From positions 1,119,796 to 1,183,795 of the forward strand of contig NW_027192192.1 of assembly GCF_041956535.1 (NCBI RefSeq): a stretch of 64,000 bases of DNA, in the 5' to 3' direction. Made by a program: the position numbers and the translations under genes. The stretch is from Calcarisporiella thermophila CBS 279.70 (taxonomy: Eukaryota > Fungi > Calcarisporiellomycota). Positions 50,488 to 63,234 of the stretch are shown here, piece by piece. The notes beneath the pieces were generated by a model that saw only the letters and a list, made by a program, of their open reading frames with translations, was not told the DNA's origin and searched no databases. The first letter of the stretch is position 1. Each line of letters starts with the position of its first letter.

Positions 50488-50559
50488 GGCTCAATGGTCT
50501 AGTAGTATGATTCTCCGTTCGGGTCGGAGAGGTCCCGGGTTCAATTCCCGGTTGAGCCC
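50488..50559 (+). tRNA. tRNA-Pro (anticodon CGG)
   Basis: GGCTCAATGGTCTAGTAGTATGATTCTCCGTTCGGGTCGGAGAGGTCCCGGGTTCAATTCCCGGTTGAGCCC: all stems form; the D-loop has AG in place of the usual GG. Confidence 0.9.
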
Positions 50560-50730
50560 GAAAGTATAACTTTCTATAAACGAAAATTTTTTTAAAAAAA
50601 AAAATAATTTATAAAATAGTAAGACGATATTCCAACATCACAGAAAAGTGCTTAGAGCAAAAAAAATATATATATACAAGCCAAGGAAATAAAATATTGG
50701 TCAATTTTTGGTATCTTTTCGTTCTCTTCT

Positions 50731-51942
50731 TCACCAATTGGGGCCACGATTGGAAGAATAGTGATTCCCGATATTGTCCGCGGAGTTGGTGTGATAGCCC
50801 TCGAAATGTTGATGCGAAAGGTCATGTGGAGGATGCTGAGTGGGATACTGATATTGCTCTTCCAGCATGGCTGCAAATTCACGAGGGTCATAAGTTTGGG
50901 GGTCGTGTGATGTTGGTGGAGTCGTGTATACACCAGCGGGATATTCTAGATTAGGTGTAACATAGCGCTCTGGTCCGTACCCTTCGTCCATTGTGCAATA
51001 ATCCAAGTCCATTTTTTTCTCTGCATCCTGTTCACGTTCTTCCCCCTCAAGCTCATCCACTTCTTCGTGGGCCTCTAGTTCAAAAGTTCCGTTGGATTGC
51101 CCAAACTCCAAGCCAACTCCGTTGGCCGTTTTTGACAGAGTTGGCGCACCAGGCGCGGGTAATGCCACAGCAGAATTAAGATGCACGGAGGCCATACTTT
51201 CTGTGATTTGATTAGAGACCCGAGGGCGTGGAAGATCAAGACCCTCAGAGGAAAAATCCTTCCAGTTTTGCCAGTTGAAAGTTAGACTGTTAATAGGGGG
51301 ACAATGACGTGTATAAGACAAAAGAATGAGGAAAAGGCCCGAGATGAAGTTGAAAATGCCAATGGTAAGGTTGAAGGGGTGTTCTTGCACTACCAAGCAT
51401 CCAAAGCTAAGGTTAAGATAGTCGATCAATTAGTTATATGCTTATTGCACTTCTTTCAATAACCTGAAATAGTCTTACAAAAGAAACAGGAAGCCATGGC
51501 CTCGACGCGTGTGTAGAAAGCGGAAGTACTCTTGAACGAGAGCTGGAGCCTTAACTTCGTTGATCACTAAGAGAAAACAAATAATGCTTCAAGAAAAGAA
51601 AAATGCGAGGTTAGAATACTATAGAGTTAAAATCGGCAAGGTTCCTATTTGATTAGTTGATCAGAGGGCATTCCTCTCGCATAGAGCATGATGCAAAAGA
51701 AGATATCCTACGATCCCCTATAATTTAAAAACAAAATAGAAGACGACGCATTGCGCCTGTTAATCTCCGAATGCAAGATTTCGAACTTACCATACATAGA
51801 TATTCAAAACGATCTGTGCAAAATGACCTGTAACACAATTGATGATGGCAGCAGCAGCGGTGGTAAGAAAGAGGAATACATTCAGAAAATTGAAGAAGAG
51901 CAAAAGTCCATTCTCCAACTTGGTCTTCGACAGCGGCAACAT
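50731..51942 (-). CDS. COPI-associated (Tvp15-like) multi-pass membrane protein with an extended cytosolic tail, multi-exon
   Basis: Exons MLPLSKTKLENGLLLFFNFLNV..., INEVKAPALVQEYFRFLHTRRGHGFLFLF and FGCLVV...GLFLILLSY. Confidence 0.7.
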
Positions 51943-52821
51943 TATACGCGAATAAAAGGTCGGATGGAAAAAAAGGATATTGGTGAGAAAATAAATTGTG
52001 ATGGTTGAAAATGGATGTAAATAATGTGACCCTTTTTTATCAAAGAAAAGTGGATCAGGATGTTTTTCTAATTGAAAAAAAAAAAAGAGCCAAGTTGAAA
52101 CGGGAGGAAAAAAAAAGAAACGCGTTCAGATTATAGCGCGATTTTTCGCGCTTGGAATTTAACAATTTAACCAACCATGTTATTGCATTATCTAAAAAAG
52201 GAACCGTGTTATATGGCATTACTAATGATATTGGCTTTTAGGAGGCTTCTCTTAGGCTCTCTTCGTTTGCCGATTCCGCACATCCAGCCACCATTATGTT
52301 CTTAAGGTGAATAAGTGTCACATCTCTTAAAAACATTCTTTCAAAATCTGTGTGAACAGTTAAGAGAGGCTTATATGAGAGTAAACGATAGAGTTCATTC
52401 TTTTTCTTTTTCAACTGACGTTATGAAATATATAATCGTTGACGAACCCCGATATTATACATTCATTTCAAGATTTTATGTGCACTAATAACCACCTATT
52501 TTGAGAAAATTTGACACAACCAGTTAATAGATTTCAATTAAGTATGAGGTAACTTATAAATAGCAGATACATTTGAAAAGCATAGATCATTTAATAAAAT
52601 ACTCTCCACTTGTCGTAAAATAATAATTAATTAAAGTCTCCGTAGTCAAAAAAAGTGACTTCGAATGAATAATTTGGAATTAGTTCCAATACGCAACAAC
52701 AAATATAAGATATCTGATACTCCAATACAATTATAATTAATTAGGATATATATTTATATTATGCGATATCTGCTCGTCAAGTGTTAGATTCCTTAAAACA
52801 TCAAATTTGGACTTTTACAGC

Positions 52822-54673
52822 ATGGATGAAAAAGAATCAATAGAAATTGGTATTATAGGCCTCGGTGATATGGGGCGTCTCTACGCTCAGCGCATCCACA
52901 AGGCAGGATGGAAACGGTTACGATCCAATTATACAAAATTTTATAATGTACAAAGTATTTACTGTTTGTTTTATGTAGTGTGAATGTGTGCGATCTTCCA
53001 GAAAAATACGAACAAATAAGAGAGGAATTTAAAGGTTAATTTCACCTTTTTACCTGATTATGGTAAATCTATAGATTTACCCTGTTTCTACCTATTATAG
53101 GGAGTGGGATTAATGTCCTCCGCGATGGGCACCTCGTGTCACGGCGAAGCGATTATATTATATATTCAGTTGAAGCAGAATACATTGATAAAGTTGTAGC
53201 TGAATTTGGTCCATGTGAGTGTCATACCTGAAGGTGCTCATTTACTCACCAAATGTAAAACTTCTTGGTTTAATAGCTACAAAGGTGGGTGCCATTGTCG
53301 GGGGACAGGTAAGGTTACAATGAATCTGTCAATAAGTGATTTGCAATATTATATCCTTGGTGACTCGTATACCGATTTATTTACTCTTGCCAAATAGACT
53401 TCTGTGAAAGAACCTGAAATTATCGCGTTCGAAAAGTATCTACCGCAAGATGTTCAGATCGTATCATGTCACTCTCTTCATGGACCCACAGTAGATCCCA
53501 AAGGACAGCCTCTTGTAATATCAAATGAATCCTTATAGCATGCTGGTTTGGCTAATTTGAGTGGAGGAATATTAGGTAATGATTAAGCATCGGTCTACTC
53601 AAGAAAAATTCGACCTCGCCTGCCGAGTCCTCTCATGTCTCGAATCCCAATTTGTTTTTCTTTCGTACAAGGAACATGACCGAATAACAGCAGATACCCA
53701 GGCAGTTACCCATGCTGCATTTTTGAGCATGGGAACCGCTTGGATGAATCAAAAGCAATTTCCAGTAAGTTTCTATATCCAAATAATTGTATAGAGCATA
53801 CGATAGAGATCGTAATAATCTACTAGTGGGAAAATCCTCAATATATTGGCGGAATTGAGAATGTTAAAGTAAATGTTACTCTACGGATATATAGTAACAA
53901 ATGGCATGTCTATGCAGGTATTTTACTTTTGCCTTTTCATTAATTCATGCCCGGACTTGATACTTAACTCTGAATATGTTGCCGCAGGACTTGCCATCAT
54001 GAATCCTAGTGCGCGAATCCAAATTCATCAGTATGCGAAATCGGTGGCAGATCTATTTAAGTTAATGATTCAGGAAAAAGAGGACGAATTCGCTTCCCGA
54101 ATTTTGCAAGCTGGCGAGTTTGTATTTGGTCGATCCAATGCAGCAAGGGAGCCAATTCTCCTGTCGGACAAGATGTTGGATCAATATTCACTTTCGGCGG
54201 TACCTAAAGAGAGACGTATGCCAAATTCACATTTATCATTGCTAGCGATGGTAGACTGTTGGCATCAGCTTAAGATCAATCCATATGAGCACATGGTTTG
54301 CCAAACACCATTATTTCGACTCTGGCTGTGAGTTTATCACTGGTTTGCATTCTTCATTATATATGCTCTAGTTTAACCAAAAACTGTTGATTATTACTCA
54401 TTAAGAGGAATCACTGAATATCTCTTCCGCACACCACTTCTTCTCCAAGACTCGATTCAAGCTGCACTTTATTCCAAAGATATTCGTGCCGATGACATGG
54501 AATTCATGACAGCAGCTCGTGGATGGGCTCAATGCGTAGATCTTGGTAACATGGACGGTTATAAGAAGCGATTCGAGCAATCAAGAGAATTTTTTGAGGA
54601 GCGATTCGCAGAGAGCAAAGAAGTAGGAAATTCGTTAATCAAAATGATACTTCAGGGATGTCAGCGTCAGTAG
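52822..54673 (+). CDS. TYR1: Prephenate dehydrogenase (NADP+), many introns
   Basis: IGIIGLGDMGRLYA, CHSLHGP, EHDRITADTQAVTHAAFLSMG, GGIENVK, PNSHLSLLAMVDCW, CQTPLFRLWL. Confidence 0.95.
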
Positions 54674-55005
54674 ATTATTTCAATTTATTTGAACATGAAT
54701 CGCCATATATATACTCACTATACAAACCTAAAGGGGGAGGAGAATAAAAGAAAATAGAAATAGATGTGATAGAAATGAATTCAAAAAATTGAATATAAGA
54801 TGAAATTCAAAAAAAAAAAAGATTCCAAGGCAAAGCGAAGGCTAAAAAACAATAAATTATAGGGGATAGAAATAGATAAATATGAAACGGGTGGATTGGA
54901 TAGGGTATATGAAAAATACAAAAGTCAAGTGACTGAGAAAACTTTGTATACAGAAGTTCTTTACAAGTTCACAGTTTGTCAAGAAAAGCGGATGAAAAAA
55001 ACTGC

Positions 55006-56269
55006 TCATTCCATCCAGACCACCGAAAATTCTCGTCCAGCTACATTAATCGTGCGAGGAAGTTTGGTTTCCTGCCAAGGTCGGAAGGGGCGGCACCCAT
55101 CATCCTGCGAGAGGCGCTGGAGCAAAATCGTGGCGGTGATAGTATCGATGAGATCATTCGATAAATTTACACCTGGATTATTGGTAGGATAAGTAAACGG
55201 TCCTGCAGGGATGAGAGTAACCGGAGACTTGTAGAATGATGAGCCGCTCTTAATGCTGGAGTTATCTTGGGCCTCTTGTAATCCGTTTGAAATTGTTGAT
55301 ATAGAAGAAGAGGGTGAGAATGAGTTGCCCAATGTCATTGGTGAGAGAAGGGGAGATTGTGTGGGTGATAGAGATTGAGAGAGCTTGCGTTGAGAGAATG
55401 AGCTTCGAGAACGCGAAAGTGATTTAAGTGAGGGTGAAGAGTTTTCTTCGTAGTTAAGTAATTGCTCCATGCCACGAGGAGAATTGAGTTTGGAGCGCTT
55501 AGGCGACCTCGAAGAATCATCTTTGAGATTTTGACTGACGGCGCCCTTTCGAAGACTATCATCTTCTTTACCACGGAGATACGACTCGCCGTCGTCTTGT
55601 ACATTCGAGTGGCTGGAGACGGAAGGCTGTTTTTTTCGTTTAGAGTGTACCAGTGTGGTCGTTTTTTGATCATTGAGAACGAGTTTGCCGTATTCTGGCT
55701 GAGAGGGATGTATACACTCGTCAGGAAAATCAGGGCCAAAAAGGGGGATGAGCTCGTAGCGAAGAGAATAGCAGCATCGACTAGCAAGAACACGACACGA
55801 CTCACGAGGAATCCTAAAAAATTGACAGGATGAGTTTATTCGTTTCTTCAGGCGAGCGCCTTTATTTCAACTATGTTACCATGTTCCTTGGATATTTAAT
55901 AATCCTCCTCGAATGCGCTTCACTTGAAGTCTGGGATTAGCGTCTACCATTTTGACAATCTCACTTTTTGCTCTGCCAAGTGCTTTCCAAATACCTGTGA
56001 AATGAATTTCGCCTATTTTTCGACGGTGAAAAAAGTGTTACACGCAATCGTTAGAGCGTAAGGAGATAGCGATTACCTGTCTCTCGATCCCACATAATGA
56101 GATGTTCCCCAATAGTATATTCAAAAACTGGAATAAAACCTCGAGAATCGAGGGATGTCGAATATTTGCTGGTTTTCACGCGAGACACTCTGAGCGATGA
56201 AAGAGAATAGTGTTCAGATGTCATAGTGTATGGACCGTATAATTGATCTCGGGCTGAGTCTCGATGCAT
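55006..56269 (-). CDS. APSES/KilA-N DNA-binding transcription factor (Xbp1-like), multi-exon
   Basis: IMWDRETG|IHFTGIWKALG...RIRGGLLNIQGTW|IPRESCRVLA..CYSLRYELIPLFGPDFP. Confidence 0.85.
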
Positions 56270-58667
56270 TTTGTTAAACTACTGGTGGCAAAAGTGTGAC
56301 ACCGGGAAAATAGAGAAAAAAATAATGGGCAAAGAGTATGAACTTGTTTAATTGTGAATAACAAAGGCAAATAAAAAAATGTTAGGTGAAAGGTTAAGGC
56401 AATAAAGGGGAGCAAGAGTAATGAGAATAAAATGTGGGTAAGGCAATTGGAATATAAAAATAGAAGTTATCAAAAATGAGGCAAACACAAGAAGCCACCA
56501 CGTAATAAAGCCAAGCTATGGTCCTAAGTGTGAAGTGAAGCGAAAAACCACTGGTCCCTCTCGCAGCACGAAAGAGAAAAACAAAAGAAAAGTGACAGAA
56601 AACAGCGAGAAAATAAAGATAAGTCGAAGAAATTATTCTAAGAAAGTAAGAAAAAGTTAAAAGGGCTGACCAACAGAGAAGCCAATTCCAAGTGCCGAGG
56701 ATTTAAAGTCTTGGAACCTGACAAAGTCTCGGACCGACCATATTTATAAAGTATTGACCCCCTGTTAAGTCACGGATGCAATCAGTATGGCTGTGTTACA
56801 AAAGATAGTTCGGGTCTCTTCGATTGTAGAAATGCGCCAAATAAATATTTCCTTCTTCTCTCTACATCAACGATAGCAGGTCTCTGCGAACCTGCATGCA
56901 TCGGTTTTGTAAAAGGAGCATGATATTTATTTTTCGAGACACAATAATACGATTCTATCGGGCTATTTAAAAGAAATGGGCAGACCAATGGTGTCATCAA
57001 AGCCTTCTGATCATAATTCAAAAGTAATAAAACAAGCTTCGATTGCGCAAATCTTCGATCTTTTACATCGGCAATATATACCAATATGAAAAAAAGTAGC
57101 GTGTGGTGAAGCTCGCAGTTGGCTCATGCTTTCGATTAGTATGCTGGCAAGCACCTACCCGAGCTCTGTTTCTCTTGTGAAATAGAGTGGATATTAGCAA
57201 TATGCACATCATGAAAACGCGTGATGTGGCTTTTGCAGTTACATTAACATAGACCATAAGAAGCATAGTATTGTCTAAATACCCATATCGCTCTAGTTTC
57301 GAAGATGAAGACTCTCCTAGCTAAAACACGAACGACAAGATTCGGGAAGGATCTACCCAAAACAATTTAGTAACCTGGCTTCAATCTCTCGTTTATTAAC
57401 TGACCCATATTAAACTGCATTATGTGAAATGTGGTTTTCTATGGCATTAATATTCAACTCCAGTAGCTTTCCCAATGCAGAATTTGGCATATTATCCCAC
57501 TGATTTAGAGGCAAAGGCTGCAAATCCACAAAAGGATCGGTGTAATTTGAATTGGCATTGCCTGCGATGGCGCTTTTAAGTGATAGCATGGAAACAAAAA
57601 ATGCATTAGGTGAAGCTGCATCAATAAAAATGAATGCAAGTTGTGAAGTTGGAGTATCCTTAGGTGTATTGTGTGCAGTCATCGGCATCACCTGTGACCT
57701 ACAAATTGATCTCTAAGTGGCCAATTGTCTCTGTGGACATTTTGAACGCAGAAGGCTCGCTGCAGAGAATTCAATATAAGTTATACTTAGTTTCTGTACT
57801 AACGTAATTTCCGAATGGAAAATTAAAAAAAGCACGTATTGTAGCAATAAAAAAGAATAGATAATATCTTCGAGACCAAACTTTGAATATTGTATCTATT
57901 TTCAAAGTAGGTCATTCTTAACCTTTGCGAATGATATTTTAGAACAAATTTAGATGAAATAACAAGCCCAATTTGGTCGTATTAGAACTAAAATTTGATA
58001 CAGTGTGAGATCCCATTGGTTTAATTTTTATTACCAGCGCTCGTAATGGATTCTCGGCTGCTACATATTTAAATAGATTAACCGAGAAACACAGAATTGA
58101 GATAATTGCTCTTCTCTTACTAATTGACCGAGACTCCCAGGATTACTAATTGCTATGTTTGCCAAGCCCTTTCTTTCATTTTGGAATGCCATTTATATCA
58201 CCGTGGCGGAGCGACGGTGGCAAACTTGAGTTTAAATCATTTTCATGACGCTAACTTTCGGTGATCCTTTGAATAAGCGTTGTCCAAGCGTATGTATCTT
58301 CTTTTATGGTTATCAAAGCTTGGGCTTAATTTTTCAGGCTGTCGATTTTCTAGCCATCTGTGTTTTGCAAGCAAATTTCTAATTAATCGATTTTAAACTA
58401 GATATTCAATGCGGAGATTTATCTTATAAAATACGTTTGAAAACTAGTCAATATCGAAACGATCTAAAGGAAAAAAATATCGAAAAACTTTCCGAAGAGT
58501 AGATAAATACTCTCAACAAATATTGCAGAATAACAAAACAAAGATTAGTTGAAAATACAATCCTTTTTTGTTGTAGTGTCTGAGAATTACATTCACTTTA
58601 CACTCATAGCTTAGATTGTATACCCCCATTCCTTTCTGATCATCTTTGATTGAAATTTATTGGGAAG

Positions 58668-59414
58668 ATGCCTTTAACCATTAAAGCATTATGTTTTGCG
58701 ATCCTATGTTTGATGTTCAGCTTGGTATCGCAGGCTTCACCAGTCCCAGATACATTACCTTCCTTTGGCTTTTCAGCATCACCCTTTCCTCCTTTCCGGG
58801 CATCAGCTCCTCAAATTATCAACGGACAACTACAGCCGGACAGCAAGAGCCAACCTAATGCCAATTTTAACTTTGCAACTCCCCTTATACCTCAAGGTCC
58901 CATTATGAATGCTCAGGCGGGTCCCTATGGGATGGCGATTCAACGCACTGTAGTGGATCCTATCAAGGAAAACGCACCCTCAGCCGGGGCAAATGGGTAC
59001 AGTCCTCTCAGAGAAGTGGTTTGGCCCCAAACGATACAGCCAAACTCGCAGCAACCACCACAGCAGAGTGGAAATGGTTTCTTCCCATCAATATTTGGTG
59101 CATCTGGGGCTTCTTCCAAGCTCATTAATCAGCAGAGTCTAGGGCAACCTGTTTCTGGGCAGCAGTCGCAGACTCAGCAACAACAACAGCAGCAACCTCC
59201 TCTACAAAAACAATTACTAGCTCTCGATCGAATGCCAGTACAGATAAGTTCTCAACAGGGCTCTACACAAGACAGCACTGCTAACCCGCTGGGTGTTTCC
59301 GCAGCCTCACTTGCCTCACCCGACGCCTCACCTGCCGTTATGTCAGGTGCCTCATCAATAGCACAGGTGGCTAGTATAAGTGGGTCTTTGGTTGTAATGG
59401 GCTTGTTGCTATAG
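58668..59414 (+). CDS. Secreted, probably GPI-anchored Pro/Gln/Ser-rich protein
   Basis: Signal peptide MPLTIKALCFAILCLMFSLVSQA-SPVP, low-complexity body, hydrophobic C-terminus. Confidence 0.75.
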   Translation: MPLTIKALCFAILCLMFSLVSQASPVPDTLPSFGFSASPFPPFRASAPQIINGQLQPDSKSQPNANFNFATPLIPQGPIMNAQAGPYGMAIQRTVVDPIKENAPSAGANGYSPLREVVWPQTIQPNSQQPPQQSGNGFFPSIFGASGASSKLINQQSLGQPVSGQQSQTQQQQQQQPPLQKQLLALDRMPVQISSQQGSTQDSTANPLGVSAASLASPDASPAVMSGASSIAQVASISGSLVVMGLLL

Positions 59415-59711
59415 ATGTTTGTCTAGATTATCGCCCGGCAGGGACTATTTAGATTGTCATTTCCGTGGGATGTCATCCCTTCGGAAAATTAATATTTCTA
59501 AAACAATTACCCGGAATTGAGCCAATTCAGAGCTTTGCATTCATTTTGCTGGCAAATTTGAATAAAACTAAATTCCGTTCATTCCCTCTCATTCCGAAAC
59601 AGCCAGCGGCTACCAGCAATATAAAATTCCTCGCTCCCCCTTTCTTTAGTAATTCGTTTCCTCTCCCCCTTTGTTCGTGAAAATTAGAGAAGCCTATCAT
59701 AACAGCCGAGT

Positions 59712-60980
59712 ATGCGCAGCAAATCTCCAGTTGATCTCTTCCAAATACGTGTAAACAAACCCGAAATACTATTGCGCGGATCCCCGATGGAAGCCGCGGG
59801 CTCTCTCCTGCATGGATCGCTTGTACTTACTCTGAATAGGCCCATGAAGGTCCGGGCAGTTAGACTAAATTTTCTAGGAACCATGAATATCCTCTGGAAA
59901 GAGAGTAAGCATTTATTTTTTTATATGATCAAACCATGTTTATTAATTTGAAGATTTTTAGAAGGGGCGACCAAGTTGTATAAAGATAAGAGTACTCTTA
60001 TTAATCACAAGTGGATCTTCGCCACCAAGACCCAACTTGAAGCGGGCAAATACACGTGGAATTTTAAAATTACACTCCCTGGTTCAACGCCCGAGACAAT
60101 TTCTATCGACGGTGCTAGCATTAGTTATAATCTAGAGGCGACCATTGACCGTGTATATTTTTCAGCACCTATTCGAACCATACTTCCCATCCGCATTACT
60201 CGCGTTCCATCTCCTACCTCGCTTGAGTTGCTGCAAACTGTGGTGTTTGAGAATGTGTGGGAAAATAAGATGGCCTACGAGTTGAGCATGCCATCAAAGG
60301 TGGTTGAAGAGGAAGGCACCATATCAGCAAATATTAAACTGGAAATGCTAGCAAGAGGATTCAATGTTGAGACCATTGCTTGTACTCTAGTGGAACTGAG
60401 GACGTTGCGAACGGAAAATCGAACATCAACTACGGATCATATTGTTCAGCACGTAGAGCGAAATGTGAGGTGGCAGATTCCAGAAGAAATGCCCTCAAAT
60501 ATATTGGAAACTGAGATGAGGATTCCTTTGCCAAAAAGCACACAACTTGTTCATTTTGATGCGGATGTGAAGACCATCTGTGTACGCCACAAACTAATAT
60601 TCACCCTCTTGTTGACAAATGCGCATCGTCGCTATTTCCAACTATGTGTTGGAATGCCTGTTGTGATCGCTGCCCGACAAATAGACCGTGATCTGAACGA
60701 GCTACCATCATATGAGGAGAGTTTCTATACACTGCCTATAGAATTCCCGAAATATGAAGCTCTGATTATCTCTTCAAACGAGGATTTGTACAAAGGAGAT
60801 GATCAATCTTGTGTAGAGACTTCTGAACCTAGTCTTACCAACAATATCTCGGAGTCATCACCCGAAATTTCATCCTCCCCGTTGAACAAACCAACCCACC
60901 TGCCTGCTCCAATACGACTTCCTTCTTATCACACTGCAATTAGCGAAACTTCGATATTATCTCCTGTTGTTGCTGCTTAA
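59712..60980 (+). CDS. Alpha-arrestin (ART/CreD-like) adaptor, one intron
   Basis: LHGSLVLTL..PMKVRAVRLNFLG, LEAGKYTWNF.I.LPGSTPET, ISYNLEA, WENKMAYELSMPSK, VRHKL and two LPSY motifs. Confidence 0.88.
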
Positions 60981-61764
60981 TGGCTTAAGGGTTTATGCTC
61001 AAACTAATTGTTAATTAGTTTCTTTGTATGGTTAATTTTGCTCTCCTGAAGCTTTGCATTTATCGTTCGTATACCATTGCGTCAATATTTGTTCTGAAGC
61101 ACAATAGCGGGCTTAAATGTATAATATATCACTTGTATATAGTAATAAATTTTCATTTGCTTCTGCGATAACACCTGGCGGAATTAGCTTAAAACACATG
61201 TATTATGTGATGTAATTTTTATATATTTCTGGCCGATATCCTTTGAAAATCACTAAACCATTCAGGATGACTTCATGACAAAATTACCGTTCTACCGTGA
61301 CTGTTCAATATAGAAAGAAAAATACATAGGTTAGAAGTGTCCAATTTGTCCAAGTATCATTCATAACATCATCCTTATAGGTGTATTAAAGAAAGAGAGC
61401 CTTTTAGATGTGCTTAATAAAAGTCAGTACAAATTCGTTTGTAAAGATAGAAATCAGAAAAAAAAAAGAATTATAAGTATTTAAATTGTTTTCTAACTGT
61501 ATTTTTTTTATTTAAATATAAGTTCTAAAAGTTAGTTTTTTTCACTAACATATATGGAGTTGTAAATTTCATTTGTCACTTTTCTCGTACACTTATTACT
61601 TGTCACTTGGTCAGAACTGGTTGCCGATGGCTATCCGAAAGTACACCAAGTCATGAAATAACAATTTATTATTCCTCGCGTAGGCGTAGAGGAGCGGGAA
61701 AAAAAAAGTTGACAAAAGAAAGGTGAAAAGTGAAGAAAAATACAAGCATTTTCCTTTGTTTTGT

Positions 61765-62657
61765 TTATTGATCTTTGTTGGTTGTCTTCTTGGTACCGCG
61801 GAGCAAACCAGTACGACGAGCAGCAACCAAACCAACCTTTTGACCAGGAGGTGCGGCGCGAGAGACAGTGGAAGCGTGACCAATGTGCTGATGGTTACCA
61901 CCACCGTGAGGATGGTCTACAGGGTTCATAGCCACACCACGAGTCTTGGGCCATGCGTTACGCTTCACGCGGTACTTGTGGTATGCGCGACCAGCCTTCA
62001 ACAAGGGCTTGTCGATACGACCACCACCAGCGACAATACCGATCATAGCACGGGCGTTTCCGCTGACAACCTTCTTGGCGCCAGAAGGAAGCTTCACACG
62101 GGTCTTGTTCGTCTCAGGGTTGTGACCAATAATGGTGGCATAGTTGCCAGAGCAGCGAGCAAGTGCGCCACGGTCACCAGTCTTCTCCTCGACATTGCAG
62201 ACGATTGTACCCTCAGGCATGGCGGACACGGGCAGAACATTGCCGACAGTAAGAGCAGCCTTCTTGCCGCAGTAAACGAACTGACCGGTGTGGAGACCCT
62301 CAGTGGCAACGAAGGTTTGGGTGCGGAGCTTGTACCTATAAATATATTATATGTGAACATACGAATCAAAAGTACACCATGATCTATTAATCATTTCATC
62401 CACATTGCATGGAAATGGTACGGGAAAGCTATTAAAATTCACTAAATGACTCACCTGTAAGGATCACGGAACACAACCTTAGCGAGAGGAGCACCACGTC
62501 CAGGATCGTGGACAATTTCCTTCACGATCCCGCGGATGTAACCATTGCGCTCGGCAAAATCGAGGGCACGGAACTTAGCAGCACCCTTGCGACCTACAGT
62601 GTGCGACTTGAAGATGCCACCAGCACCTTTTCTCTGGGCTCGGATAACACGTCCCAT
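61765..62657 (-). CDS. RPL2: 60S ribosomal protein L2/L8 (uL2), one coding intron
   Basis: [57 protein letters not shown]. Confidence 0.98.
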
Positions 62658-63234
62658 TTTTCAATTAAATCTATCATTCAAAATATAATTGTCATTAGTT
62701 GTCAATTTTTACATTCAACCGAAAGCACAGCCATCCATCCATCTATCCATCCATCACCACAGAGCATCTCCATTCGTATTTCATCCAATATCTGTGGTAT
62801 ATGCATAGTACAATAAAACCTACCAAGTGCACTGGCGAGGAATAAAAGAAAGAAGAGGGGGAACAGAATTGGCCCCTAATCCAATTTACTTTTACCTCTG
62901 AGCCCAGATTGCAGATTGTTGAGGGCAGTTAATTCTTAATGAAATATTCACTTTAATCCTAGCTGGATTCACTTTCACTCAAGATGTTACAAATAAAATT
63001 CAAATGGAACAAAAGAAATAGACCAGGGTAGAATGGCAACGCCAAATTCAATAATATTTAACCATCTAGACATGATGGTGAACGAATTCCCAACTATGAT
63101 GGCTATTAATATAAAGATAATAATATTAGGAAAACATGGATAATCAGCGAATTATATTAAGAGAATAGGAAGAGCCGAAGCATATCAAGCCCGGCTATCG
63201 AAGAATTACGAAATGATCATAAAGAATTATAATC

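Noticed and set aside
57410-57691. 93-aa minus-strand ORF
   Set aside because: No recognisable motif or splice context; cannot be supported
61723-62382. 219-aa + strand ORF
   Set aside because: Antisense to the codon-biased RPL2 gene
62731-62756. (CCAT)n microsatellite
   Set aside because: Short simple repeat in the RPL2 upstream region; ordinary
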